Shown: positions 29,464 to 39,322 of the stretch, piece by piece
How the letters are laid out: each line of letters begins with the position of its first letter
How positions within the stretch are numbered: the first letter of the stretch is position 1
From: Trueperaceae bacterium
Lineage (GTDB): Bacteria; Deinococcota; Deinococci; Deinococcales; Trueperaceae
NCBI GenBank assembly: GCA_965214405.1
Contig: OZ243956.1
Coordinates: 2,240,001-2,304,000, forward strand
Reading direction: 5' to 3'
DNA: 64,000 bases
The notes under the pieces: generated by a model
Database searches by the model: none
Seen by the model: the letters and a program-made list of their open reading frames with translations, nothing else
What the model was told of the DNA's origin: nothing
Translations under genes and position numbers: made by a program

Positions 29464-30330
29464 ATGGCACGCACGGTTAAAGGCGGTCTCATCCAGGCGT
29501 CAAACCCCATTCCGGGCGACGCCGACTTACAAAAAATCAAGCAGGCGATGCTCGACAAGCACATCCCCCTCATCGAGGAGGCGGGGCGGCAGGGGGTGCA
29601 GGTGCTCTGCTTGCAAGAGATTTTCTACGGCCCCTACTTCTGCCCCTCCCAAGACAGCAAGTGGTACACCACCGCCGAGCGGGTGCCGGACGGTCCCACG
29701 GTGCAGATGATGAGTGAGCTCGCCAAGCAGTACGGCATGGTCATGGTCGTGCCCGTCTACGAAGAAGAGATGGCAGGCGTTTACTACAACACCGCCGCCG
29801 TCATCGACGCCGACGGGACGTATCTCGGCAAATACCGCAAGACGCACATCCCGCAGGTGGCGGGCTTTTACGAGAAGTTCTTCTTCCGGCCCGGTAACTT
29901 GGGCTATCCAGTGTTTGAGACGGCGGTAGGCAAGGTGGGGGTCTATATCTGCTATGACCGCCACTTTCCCGAAGGCGCGCGGGCGCTGGGGCTTAACGGC
30001 GCAGAAATCGTCTTTAACCCGTCGGCGACCGTGGCGGGTTTGAGTGAATATCTTTGGAAGCTCGAGCAGCCCGCCCACGCCGTCGCCAACGGCTACTACG
30101 TCGGCGCAATCAACCGCGTCGGTCACGAAGAGCCCTGGGACATTGGCGAGTTTTACGGTCAGTCGTACTTTGTGAACCCCAGAGGCCAGTTTGTTTCGGT
30201 GGGTTCGCGCGATAAGGACGAACTCATCACCGCCGACTTGGACATGGACATGATCCGGGAGGTGCGCGACCTCTGGCAGTTCTACCGTGACCGGCGACCC
30301 GACATGTACGACGAGCTGGTGGAACTCTAA
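29464..30330 (+). CDS. Beta-ureidopropionase (nitrilase-family N-carbamoyl-beta-alanine amidohydrolase)
   Basis: LQE, YRKTHIP, ICYDRHFPE catalytic triad; pyrimidine catabolism context. Confidence 0.88.
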   Translation: MARTVKGGLIQASNPIPGDADLQKIKQAMLDKHIPLIEEAGRQGVQVLCLQEIFYGPYFCPSQDSKWYTTAERVPDGPTVQMMSELAKQYGMVMVVPVYEEEMAGVYYNTAAVIDADGTYLGKYRKTHIPQVAGFYEKFFFRPGNLGYPVFETAVGKVGVYICYDRHFPEGARALGLNGAEIVFNPSATVAGLSEYLWKLEQPAHAVANGYYVGAINRVGHEEPWDIGEFYGQSYFVNPRGQFVSVGSRDKDELITADLDMDMIREVRDLWQFYRDRRPDMYDELVEL

Positions 30331-30332
30331 AC

Positions 30333-30398
30333 AGTGACTAGTGGTGAGTGGTTAGTGGGTAAATTTTACTCATCACTCATCACTAAGCACTCATCACT
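30333..30398. repeat. Inverted heptamer tandem repeat (STRR-like hairpin)
   Basis: (AGTGGTK)n followed by (TCATCAC)n. Confidence 0.75.
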
Positions 30399-31766
30399 AT
30401 GAATTTAGAGGATTTACAAGAGGGCTTTACCGAACTCAAACCGCCCATGTCAAAAAACGAGGCGCGCACCGAGGCGAACCGCTGCCTTTACTGTTTTGAC
30501 GCGCCCTGCATAAAAGCGTGTCCGACGAACATTGATGTGCCCACCTTTATACGCAAGATTTCGACGGACAACACCACCGGGGCGGCGGTGACGATTCTTT
30601 CCGCCAACCTTATGGGCGCGACTTGCGCGCGCGTCTGCCCCGTCGAGGAACTATGCGAGGGTGCTTGCGTCCTTAACGAAGAAAACCGCAAACCCATCGA
30701 GATAGGTCGCTTGCAGCGTTACGCGACGGACCATCTCTATGACAAGGGCGTCATGCCTTTCAAGCCCGCGCCGCACAACGGCAAACGCGTGGCCGTCGTC
30801 GGGGCCGGACCGGCGGGGCTCACCTGCGCGGGCGAGTTGGCGAAGTTGGGCTACCAGACGACCGTGTTTGAAAAGAACGCGCTCCCCGGCGGGCTCTCGA
30901 CCTACGGCATCGTGGTGATGCGCGAGCCCATCCGGGTGGCTTTGGAAGAGGTCGCCTTTGTCGAAAAGCTTGGGGTGGAGATTCGGACGGGCCTCGAGGT
31001 GGGCAAGGACGTTAGCGCGGATGAGCTAGGGAGTTACGACGCGGTTTTCTTGGGCGCGGGGATGGGAGGAGTGCCTAACTTGCACATCCCCGGTGAAGAC
31101 TTGGCGGGCGTGACCGAGGCGCTGTCCTTTATCGCCGAAACCAAGCTGGCGGAAAAGGAGGGGTTGGGGCATCTTCAAGACCTCCCCGTCGGCCAGCGGG
31201 TGGCGGTCATCGGCGCGGGCAACACCGCCGTCGACGCGGCGACGATTGCCAAGCGGCTCGGGGCCGAGCGCGTCACCCTCGTCTACCGCCGGAGCGAACG
31301 GGAGATGAGCGCCTATGATTTCGAGTACGCGTTTATCAAGAACGAGGGCGCGGAGTTTCGTTTTCTCACGCAGCCCGTGAAGATTTTGGGCGAGAACGGG
31401 CGCGTGACGGGGCTCGAGTGCGTCCAGATGCAGCTCAGCACCCCTGGACCGGACGGGCGGCGGCAAGTGGTGCCGGTGCCGGAGAGCGCGTTTGTGTTGG
31501 AGTGTGACCAGGTCATCAAGGCCATCGGGCAGGAGAAGCTTGTGCCGCTGTTTGAGGCGCTGGGGCTCGAGACCTTCCGAGGCTACGTCAAGGTGGACGA
31601 ACACCTACGCACCTCCAACCCCAAAATCTTCGCGGGCGGCGACTGCGTCAGGCTTGCAGGCGACGCCATGACCGTGACGGCGGCGCAAGACGGCAAGGTG
31701 GCGGCGCGGAGCATTCACGCGTGGCTGAGCGAGACGACCTCTCTTCCAAGTGAGGGCTCGAGATGA
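30399..31766 (+). CDS. preT: Dihydropyrimidine dehydrogenase subunit PreT
   Basis: RCLYCFDAPCIKACPT, CARVCP..LCEGAC, GAGPAG, GAGNTA, FAGGD. Confidence 0.9.
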   Translation: MNLEDLQEGFTELKPPMSKNEARTEANRCLYCFDAPCIKACPTNIDVPTFIRKISTDNTTGAAVTILSANLMGATCARVCPVEELCEGACVLNEENRKPIEIGRLQRYATDHLYDKGVMPFKPAPHNGKRVAVVGAGPAGLTCAGELAKLGYQTTVFEKNALPGGLSTYGIVVMREPIRVALEEVAFVEKLGVEIRTGLEVGKDVSADELGSYDAVFLGAGMGGVPNLHIPGEDLAGVTEALSFIAETKLAEKEGLGHLQDLPVGQRVAVIGAGNTAVDAATIAKRLGAERVTLVYRRSEREMSAYDFEYAFIKNEGAEFRFLTQPVKILGENGRVTGLECVQMQLSTPGPDGRRQVVPVPESAFVLECDQVIKAIGQEKLVPLFEALGLETFRGYVKVDEHLRTSNPKIFAGGDCVRLAGDAMTVTAAQDGKVAARSIHAWLSETTSLPSEGSR

Positions 31767-32227
31767 GCAGCAAGGTGCTAAAGGAGCGGGAAACGCGGCT
31801 TTATGACCAGGATTTCAACCTTTGGTTAGACGAGCAAGTCACCTTTTTACGTCAAGGACGCGTGAACGAACTCGATCTGGAGAATTTGGCCGAGGAGGTT
31901 GAATCCATCGGACGTAGCGACAAACGCGAGGTCTACAACCGCCTGACGGTGCTCATGACGCACCTTCTCAAGGTTCAGTTTCAGCCTGACAAGCGCACAC
32001 GCAGTTGGCGCTCCACCATCCGCGAACAGCGTAGGCAATTGAGACTTGTATTTCAAGATAGCCCAAGTCTTGAAAAAGCTTACGTCCCTAATATGTTTGA
32101 CGCCATCTATCAAGACGCCCGACAAGAGGCCAGCGAAGAAACACGCCTGGGCTTAGAAACATTCCCCGCGATCTGTCCTTACAGCCTCGAGCAAGTTTTA
32201 GACGAAGACTTTTTCCCGGAGGACTGA
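31763..32227 (+). CDS. DUF29 family protein (copy 1)
   Basis: LYDQDFNLW, LDLENLAEEVE, HLLK, RSWRSTIREQR, SPSL, CPY.LEQVLDEDFFP. Confidence 0.88.
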   Translation: MSSKVLKERETRLYDQDFNLWLDEQVTFLRQGRVNELDLENLAEEVESIGRSDKREVYNRLTVLMTHLLKVQFQPDKRTRSWRSTIREQRRQLRLVFQDSPSLEKAYVPNMFDAIYQDARQEASEETRLGLETFPAICPYSLEQVLDEDFFPED

Positions 32228-32316
32228 CTGATGATGGCGACGCAAGACGGTGAGGTGGCAGTGTGGAGCGTTTACGCGTGGCTAAACGAAACTTTGCCAA
32301 AGCCGGGTACAGCAAG

Positions 32317-32778
32317 ATGAGCAGCAAAGCGTTAAAAGAACGAGAGACGGGGCTGTACGACCAGGATTTCCAGCTTTGGCTCGAGCAGCAAACCGACCTG
32401 CTGAGGCAAAAACGTTTTGACGAACTAGACTTGGACAATCTAATTGAGGAGATTGACGCTATCGCTAGAAGAGACAAGCGTGAGGTGGAAAGTCGGCTCA
32501 TTGTTTTACTCATTCATCTACTCAAATACCGCTATCAAGCTCAAAAGCGAAGTCGGAGCTGGCTTGGCACTATTACTGAACAGCGTTCTGAACTCGAGCT
32601 TGTTCTCAGAGACAGCCCGAGCTTGCGGGCTTATGCAGCTTCGGTTCTGGAGTCGTCCTACGCCAAAGCCCGCAAACGAGCCCTAAGAGAAACGCGTTTG
32701 AGCCTCGAGAAGTTTCCCCCAACATGCCCTTACAATCTCGAGCAAGTTTTGGACGAAGATTTTTTTCCGGAAGGCTGA
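32317..32778 (+). CDS. DUF29 family protein (copy 2)
   Basis: Same motifs as copy 1; the start MSSKALKERET parallels copy 1. Confidence 0.88.
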   Translation: MSSKALKERETGLYDQDFQLWLEQQTDLLRQKRFDELDLDNLIEEIDAIARRDKREVESRLIVLLIHLLKYRYQAQKRSRSWLGTITEQRSELELVLRDSPSLRAYAASVLESSYAKARKRALRETRLSLEKFPPTCPYNLEQVLDEDFFPEG

Positions 32779-32829
32779 TTTATGGCGGTGCAGAACATCC
32801 ACCAGTGGTTATCTTTAGGAGGTGAACAG

Positions 32830-32895
32830 AGTGGTTAGTGGTTAGTGGCTAGTGATTAGAAAAATCTAACCACTAGCCACTAACCACTCGCCACT
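32830..32895. repeat. Inverted heptamer tandem repeat (STRR-like hairpin)
   Basis: (AGTGGTT)n-AGAAAAATCT-(AACCACT)n. Confidence 0.8.
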
Positions 32896-32901
32896 TCCCT
32901 T

Positions 32902-34257
32902 ATGGCTGATTTAAGTATCAACTTCGCAGGCATCACTTCCCCCAATCCCTTCTGGCTCGCCTCTGCCCCGCCGACGAATACCGCGTACCAAATCAACAAA
33001 GCGTTTGAATACGGCTGGGGCGGCGCGGTCTGGAAAACGGTGGGCGCGCCCGTCTTGAACGTGTGCAGCCGCTACGGGGGCTTCGAGTACGCGGGCAACA
33101 AGCTCGTCGCCATCAACAACGTCGAACTGATTTCGGACCGGCCTTTAGAGACCAACTTGAGAGAAATCCGCGAAGTCAAGCTGCTCTGGCCTGACCGGGC
33201 GGTCGTTGTCTCCGCGATGGTCGAGTCCAAGCCCGAAGCCTGGCGCGAGATTGTGCAAAAAATCGAGGACACCGGGGCGGACGGGATTGAGCTCAACTAC
33301 GGCTGCCCGCACGGGATGAGCGAGCGCGGGATGGGCTCGGCGGTGGGGCAGGTGCCTGAGTATTGCTCGATGATTACCGAGTGGGTGACGGAAGTCTCCA
33401 GCATCCCCGTCATCGTCAAGCTCACGCCCAACGTGACCGACATCGTGCCGCCCGCCAAGGCGGCGGTGCGAGGTAAAGCGGACGCCATCAGCCTTATCAA
33501 CACCATCAACTCGATTATCGGGGTGGATCTGGACTCGTTTCGGCTCGAGCCCAACGTGGGCGGCAAGGGCTCGCACGGCGGCTACGCGGGTCCGGCGGTC
33601 AAGCCCGTCGCGCTCCACATGTTATCAATGGTAGCGGGCGACGAGGACGTGCGGCGTGCGGGGCTGCCCATCTCGGGGATGGGCGGCATCCAGACCTGGC
33701 GCGACGCGGCGGAATTTTTGCTTCTCGGCGCGACCAGCCTGCAAGTCTGCACCGCGGTCATGCACTACGGCTTCCGGATTATCGAGGATTTGACCGACGG
33801 GTTGTCGAACTGGCTGGACGAAAAGAACGCTGCCTCGGTAAACGACATTATCGGTGCGTCCGTCCCGCGCGTCTCATCCTTTGGCGATTTCGACCTCGCT
33901 TACAAGACGGTGGCCCGCATCGATCCAGAGCTCTGCATCCACTGCAACCTTTGCTACGTCGCCTGCGACGAGGGCGCGCACCAGTGCATCGACCTCACGG
34001 TAGACGGCGTGAAGATTGACCCGGCGAGCTACACCGGAAGCGTAAAGCCTCAGCCCGTCGTGCGCGAAGACGACTGCGTGGGCTGTAACCTCTGCTCGTT
34101 GGTCTGCCCGGTGGACGACTGCATCACGATGATTGAGGTGCCGCCCGAGCGAGAGAGTGTCACCTGGCGGGAGCTGAGCGAGAAGCGGCCCGAGGTCACG
34201 GAGGATTGGGAGGCGATGGAAAAGTATCGGGAGAATGTGGGGATTGAGATTCACTAG
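32902..34257 (+). CDS. preA: Dihydropyrimidine dehydrogenase subunit PreA
   Basis: NPFWLASAPPT, ELNYGCPHGMSERGMGSAVGQ, two 4Fe-4S motifs. Confidence 0.93.
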   Translation: MADLSINFAGITSPNPFWLASAPPTNTAYQINKAFEYGWGGAVWKTVGAPVLNVCSRYGGFEYAGNKLVAINNVELISDRPLETNLREIREVKLLWPDRAVVVSAMVESKPEAWREIVQKIEDTGADGIELNYGCPHGMSERGMGSAVGQVPEYCSMITEWVTEVSSIPVIVKLTPNVTDIVPPAKAAVRGKADAISLINTINSIIGVDLDSFRLEPNVGGKGSHGGYAGPAVKPVALHMLSMVAGDEDVRRAGLPISGMGGIQTWRDAAEFLLLGATSLQVCTAVMHYGFRIIEDLTDGLSNWLDEKNAASVNDIIGASVPRVSSFGDFDLAYKTVARIDPELCIHCNLCYVACDEGAHQCIDLTVDGVKIDPASYTGSVKPQPVVREDDCVGCNLCSLVCPVDDCITMIEVPPERESVTWRELSEKRPEVTEDWEAMEKYRENVGIEIH

Positions 34258-34306
34258 CGCCAAGAGGAGGGATTGAAGACATGTCCGAGAGGCGCTGGAA
34301 GGTTGA

Positions 34307-34921
34307 ATGCTTGTGAAACGTCATCTTAGAGCGGTTCTGACGCTTCCTTTCGTGGTGACGGTGGTGATTCCCGGCACACTACTTCTTACGCTGACGGGAG
34401 TTGACACACGCTGGAACATTCACGCCGCCGCCTACAGCCTCGCGTTCTGCGTCTCCATCGTCTTGATGTTTCTCGGCGCAGCCCTTTTCAGCATCACGGT
34501 CTACTTGTTCGCCCGCGAAGGCCGGGGCACGCTTGCCCCTTGGGACCCGACGCAAAAGCTGGTGGTGAGCGGTCCCTATCAATTTGTGAGAAATCCCGTG
34601 ATTACGGGGGTTCTGGCCCTTCTGTTCGCTGAGGCGTTGCTCATCGGGTCGTGGGTCATCCTGTTGTGGGCGGCTGTTTTCTTCCTCGTCAACACCCTCT
34701 ATTTTGTTTACAGCGAGGAGCCGGGGCTGCTAAAACGGTTCGGGAGCGAGTACGCACTGTACATGCAACGTGTCCCAAGGTGGCTGCCCCGATTTTCCGA
34801 CGCCTCAACCCGCCCTAATTCTCCTCAACCCGAAAGGAGTACCGATGGGTCTGCTCATCAAAAACGGCGAAATAGTCACTGCCGACGCGCGTTACAAAGC
34901 CGACATCTACTGCGAGGATGA
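34307..34921 (+). CDS. Isoprenylcysteine carboxyl methyltransferase/PEMT-family membrane protein
   Basis: GTLAPWDP..LVVSGPYQFVRNP, EEP.L.RFG..Y..VPRW; 3' end overlaps hydA. Confidence 0.8.
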   Translation: MLVKRHLRAVLTLPFVVTVVIPGTLLLTLTGVDTRWNIHAAAYSLAFCVSIVLMFLGAALFSITVYLFAREGRGTLAPWDPTQKLVVSGPYQFVRNPVITGVLALLFAEALLIGSWVILLWAAVFFLVNTLYFVYSEEPGLLKRFGSEYALYMQRVPRWLPRFSDASTRPNSPQPERSTDGSAHQKRRNSHCRRALQSRHLLRG

Positions 34922-36233
34922 AACGATTACACGCATCGGCCTCGACTTAGACGCGCCGGAGGGTACAGAAGTCGTTGACGCTGCGGGCAAGTACGTTTTC
35001 CCTGGCTTTATCGACCCGCACGTCCACATTTACCTGCCCTTCATGTCAACCTTCGCCAAAGACACGCACGAAACGGGCTCCAAGGCGGCGCTCGTGGGCG
35101 GCACCACCACCTACATCGAAATGCTCGCCCCGTCGCGCGACGAGGACCTGATGGAAGGCTACGAACTTTGGACCTCCAAGGCGGCGGGCCACAGCGCCTG
35201 CGACTACACCTTCCACATCGGCGTCTCCAAGTTCGACGACAAAACGGAGGGGCAGCTCCGCGAGATTGTGGCGGGCGGCATGACCTCGTTCAAGGTGTTT
35301 CTCGCTTACAAGGGCTTTTTCGGGGTGAGCGACGAAGAACTTTACAAGACGCTGAGGCTCGCCAAAGAACTCGGCGTCACCGTGGCGGCGCACTGCGAGA
35401 ACGCCGAACTTGTGGCGCAGCGGCAGGGGCAGCTTCTCTCCGAGGGAAAGACGGGGGCGCGGTGGCACGAGCCGAGCCGCCCGGTTGAGGTCGAGGCGGA
35501 GGGGACGCATCACTTTGCAACCTTTTTGGAAATGACCGGGACAAAAGGTTACGTGGTGCATCTCAGTTGCGAGGCGGCGCTGAAAGTGGCGCTCGAGGCC
35601 AAAATGCGCGGGGTTGACCTGTCCATCGAGGCGTGTATCCCTCACCTCGTTCTGGACAAAACCTACGCCGAGCGGCCCGGCGTCGAAGGGGCTAAGTTTG
35701 TGATGTCCCCGCCCCTACGCGAGAAGAATAACCAAAAAGCGCTGTGGAACGCGCTTTCCGCGGGCCTCATTGACACCGTTGGCACCGACCACTGCCCCTT
35801 TGACGTCGAACAAAAGGCGATGGGCGAGCCCGACTTCACCAAAATCCCCAACGGCCTGCCCGCCATCGAAGACCGCGTCAACCTGCTCTACACCTACGGC
35901 GTGAGCCGGGGCGGGCTCGACCTCCACCGCTTTGTGGACGCCGCTTCGACACGGGCGGCCAAGCTCTTCGGGCTCGAGCCGCGCAAGGGCATCATCGCGG
36001 TAGGGAGCGACGCCGATCTGGTGGTGTACGACCCCCACTACCGCGGCACCATCTCCGCCAAAACGCAGCACATGAACAGCGACTACAGCGCGTTCGAGGG
36101 GATGGAGATTGATGGGCGTCCAAGCGTGGTGACGGTGCGGGGCAAGGTGGCAGCGCGGGACGGTGAATTTGTGGGTGAGGTGGGGCGTGGCAGACTGTTA
36201 AAACGTGACGTAGGCACACAACGAGCAAGTTGA
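34845..36233 (+). CDS. hydA: Dihydropyrimidinase
   Basis: PGFIDPHVH, SFKVFLAY, HCEN, SPPLR, TDHCPF; RBS AAGGAG. Confidence 0.93.
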   Translation: MGLLIKNGEIVTADARYKADIYCEDETITRIGLDLDAPEGTEVVDAAGKYVFPGFIDPHVHIYLPFMSTFAKDTHETGSKAALVGGTTTYIEMLAPSRDEDLMEGYELWTSKAAGHSACDYTFHIGVSKFDDKTEGQLREIVAGGMTSFKVFLAYKGFFGVSDEELYKTLRLAKELGVTVAAHCENAELVAQRQGQLLSEGKTGARWHEPSRPVEVEAEGTHHFATFLEMTGTKGYVVHLSCEAALKVALEAKMRGVDLSIEACIPHLVLDKTYAERPGVEGAKFVMSPPLREKNNQKALWNALSAGLIDTVGTDHCPFDVEQKAMGEPDFTKIPNGLPAIEDRVNLLYTYGVSRGGLDLHRFVDAASTRAAKLFGLEPRKGIIAVGSDADLVVYDPHYRGTISAKTQHMNSDYSAFEGMEIDGRPSVVTVRGKVAARDGEFVGEVGRGRLLKRDVGTQRAS

Positions 36234-36336
36234 ATGTCGCACGGTAATTTACCAGTAGATATGCTCACCACTGCCTTATCGGAGGGCAACGAGACAGCCT
36301 GGAAAGTTCGAGATGTCCCGATAGTTCTCGAGCTAG

Positions 36337-37254
36337 GGTCTGTCTGACTAATCAAAGCCAGAGGATGATGGAGGCGAGGAGCACACCAGCACGGTAGTTT
36401 CTGCCGCGTTTGTCGTAGCGGGTGGCAACGGCGCGAAAGTCTTTAAGTCGGTTGATGCAGCGTTCGACCACGTTACGTCCTTTGTAGGCTTGCTTATCGA
36501 AAGCAGGAGGTCGTCCACCTTTTGTGCCCTTAGACAAGCGAGACTTCTTGGCATCTTCGCGCTCGGGGCTGATACAGATGATGCCCCTGCGCCTTAGTAT
36601 CTTCCGCTGCTTGTTGAAACCATAAGCGCGGTCGAGTCTAAGCTGAGGGGGGCGCTTACGCGGTCGCCCTCTGCCAAGGCGGGGCACATAAATCTCGTCC
36701 AAGACCGGCTCTAGCCAAGCGGCGTCGTTGCGCTGTCCCGCCGTGATGACCACGGACAGGGGTCGCACTTTGCCGTCCGCGCAGGTATGCACCTTGCTGG
36801 TGTGGCCTCCGCGTGAGTGTCCCAGCCACTCGTCTGCTAAGGTCCCCTTTTTTCACCCTCAGCAGGCCGCTTCCTCGCCCCGCTGGCGCTGCGGTGCGCT
36901 TTAATATGAGAGCTGTCTAACGCTGCGCCGTCCCAATCAATCTCACCCGCCGCATCGGCGTGAGCTTGAAGCCTGTGCAGGATGCGCTTCCAGACACCGT
37001 TGCGCTCCCACCTCGTGAAGCGGTCCCAGCAGGTCTGCCAAGGTCCGTAGCGTTCAGGAACGTCGCGCCAGGGAGCGCCTGTTTTCAAGCGCCACGAAAT
37101 GCCGTTGATGACCTGTCGGTGGTTGCGGTAGTTGTGACCCCGTTGGGGATTGGGGGGTAGATGCGGTTTTAGTGCTTGCCACTGCTGCTCTTTTAGGTCT
37201 GTTCGTGCCATACGCCTACCCTAAACCATCTTCATCCCTTCTGTCAGACAGACC
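36337..37254 (-). mobile_element. IS5-family insertion sequence, copy 2
   Basis: Same TIRs and CTAG flanks; ORF translations identical to copy 1 (offset 20512). Confidence 0.93.
36352..37211 (-). CDS. IS5 transposase (frameshifted OrfA/OrfB)
   Basis: Identical translation to 15840-16699. Confidence 0.9.
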
Positions 37255-37644
37255 CTAGCTCGTAACCACATGCTCGCTTGTTTGGGTGGGCAGTTTCAGT
37301 TTAGATTCGATAATGGAATCTGCGAGATGTACTGGCTGAATGCTGACTCGGCAGCGCGCAAGAAGAGCGAAAGCTGGGAGCAGTATGTTAACCGCAGCAT
37401 AAACGAGGTTTTGACGAGATTTGAATCGCTGCTTGAACAAACCGATTTTGACGTGGAAATTCGAAACTGGAAGTTTTTGAATTCAAAAAGACTGCAAAAT
37501 GTTGAGCTAACGGAGCATCTTTTCTTCGTCGCGTACTTTGTATCTGAAGATTAGGACACTTCTAACTGAGTACCACAAGAAATACTGAGTCGCCTTATCC
37601 AACACCGTGACATGTGTGTTAGACAATGCCGTTCACAGGACGGG

Positions 37645-38352
37645 TCAGGCCTCACCTCGAGCCTCCCCCAACCCCTCCACAAAAGCCCGATGTTCCTCCC
37701 CACCCAAACACCCTTGCAACGTGCTGAGCCCCCCCGCCAAGTCCCCATTCAGGAGCGCGTCGGCATTTAAGCAGAGACCTGGAAACGTTCGGCTGTGGAT
37801 GACGCCCGCTTTGGTCTCGAGCGGCTCGTAAACACCTTCATCGAGATAGAACCAGGTGAGTTGGGACTCGAGCATACGCCACACAAGGTACTCTTTCACC
37901 CCGTTGCGCTGATAAACGTGCCTTTTGTCGTGAAGGTCGTAAGAGGCGCTGCTGGCGGCTATTTCAACGACGAGTTCGGGAGGTCCCTCGAGGTAATCGT
38001 CACTACTCTGCCTCGAGGTGCCTCCTGCCTGTTCGTCTATTCGCAAGAGCACATCAGGCTGAGGTTCGTTATCGTTGTCCAAACGAACCGTCGTATTATC
38101 CGCAAAGTCAAGGTGAGGTGTGGAAGCAACGTACAAGCCGAGCCAAGCGACCACTCTGGCATGAGGAGCACCGTGCTTCTTATAGTGGACAGGCGAGGGC
38201 ATGTACACGACTCCTTCGATAAGTTCGGCTTTCTTTATATGAGGCATCGCGTGGTAGCGGCGCTCAAACTCGGCGCGCGTGAGTTTGTCGCCGTTCTCCA
38301 AAGGTGGCATCGTTGCGGCGGTTTGCCCCTTGCGTAGTTGGGTTACGCTCAT
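37645..38352 (-). CDS. Uma2 (DUF820) family PD-(D/E)XK putative endonuclease
   Basis: LENGDKLTRAEFERRY, ELIEGVV, QPD, PELVVEIA, DK...Y..NGVKEY. Confidence 0.88.
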   Translation of the reverse strand: MSVTQLRKGQTAATMPPLENGDKLTRAEFERRYHAMPHIKKAELIEGVVYMPSPVHYKKHGAPHARVVAWLGLYVASTPHLDFADNTTVRLDNDNEPQPDVLLRIDEQAGGTSRQSSDDYLEGPPELVVEIAASSASYDLHDKRHVYQRNGVKEYLVWRMLESQLTWFYLDEGVYEPLETKAGVIHSRTFPGLCLNADALLNGDLAGGLSTLQGCLGGEEHRAFVEGLGEARGEA

Positions 38353-38499
38353 CCTGGAGTCCTCCCTTATCTAACAGTTTACCGCAACGGCGTAGAAGAA
38401 AAATGCGCGGTGCGGCTCGAGCATAAGCGTGTAACAAGCCCCACTTTCCTGTAAACTTATTTACACTGCTTCGCGCCGTCCTTATGTTGGGAGTTCTCT

Positions 38500-39321
38500 T
38501 TGAGCTTGGTCCAAACCACACCGGATAGAACAGCCGGAACCGCCACATCCCACCGGCCCGCGGTTGTTTCCGTTCGCGGCCTCAATATGGTTTATAGGGG
38601 ACGCGGCGCGGAAACGGTGGCGCTCAAAGACGCCAATTTGGAGATTGGCGAGGGCGCGTTCGTCTCGCTCATCGGCCCCTCTGGCTGCGGCAAAACGACG
38701 CTGCTGCGGCTCATCGCCGACCTCATCCAGCCGACCTCGGGCGAGCTTACGGTCTCAGGCAAGACGCCGCGGCAGGCGCGGCTCGAGCGGGCGTACGGTT
38801 ACGTGTTTCAAGCCCCCGTCCTGTACGAGTGGCGCACGGTGCTCAAGAACGTGATGCTGCCCTTGGAGATTATGAAGTTACCCGCGAAAGAACGGCGGGA
38901 GAGGGCGGGGCGGCTTTTGGAAATGGTCGGCCTCCAAGACTTTCACGCACAGTACCCCTGGCAACTCTCGGGCGGGATGCAGCAGCGCGTCTCGATTGCG
39001 CGCGCGCTCGCCTTTGACCCCCAGCTCCTGCTCATGGACGAGCCTTTCGGGGCCTTGGACGAGATTACGCGGGAGGCCATGAACTTAGAACTTTTGCGCA
39101 TCTGGCAGGAAACGGGCAAGACGGTTGTGTTCGTGACTCACTCGATCGCCGAGGCCGTATTTTTGAGTTCCCACATCGTGGTGATGACGCCGCGGCCCGG
39201 CAAAATCGAGCGTGTGATTGAGGTGAGGCTCCCCTATCCCAGAAGCAATGACACACGCGAGTCTCAGGCTTTTTTCGACCTCGCCACCGAGGTGCGCGAG
39301 GCGTTGAGGGGCGCACATTAA
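38500..39321 (+). CDS. NitT/TauT-type ABC ATP-binding protein (pyrimidine uptake)
   Basis: GPSGCGKTT, LSGGMQQR, MDEPFGALD, VTHS. Confidence 0.92.
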   Translation: MSLVQTTPDRTAGTATSHRPAVVSVRGLNMVYRGRGAETVALKDANLEIGEGAFVSLIGPSGCGKTTLLRLIADLIQPTSGELTVSGKTPRQARLERAYGYVFQAPVLYEWRTVLKNVMLPLEIMKLPAKERRERAGRLLEMVGLQDFHAQYPWQLSGGMQQRVSIARALAFDPQLLLMDEPFGALDEITREAMNLELLRIWQETGKTVVFVTHSIAEAVFLSSHIVVMTPRPGKIERVIEVRLPYPRSNDTRESQAFFDLATEVREALRGAH

Positions 39322-39322
39322 G

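Larger units (their letters stand above)
36234..37554 (+). pseudogene. Small gene (Imm40-like immunity protein by motif resemblance) disrupted by IS5 copy 2
   Basis: ATG 36234 reads in frame through the CTAG target into 37259-37554 once the IS is removed (MSHGNL...AWKVRDVPIVLELARNHMLACLGGQF...). Confidence 0.7.

Noticed and set aside
37560..37624. TTCTAAC...GTTAGAC after the Imm40-like gene as a second attC
   Set aside because: The outer cores fit loosely, but no complementary L''/L' boxes were found; at best a decayed site.
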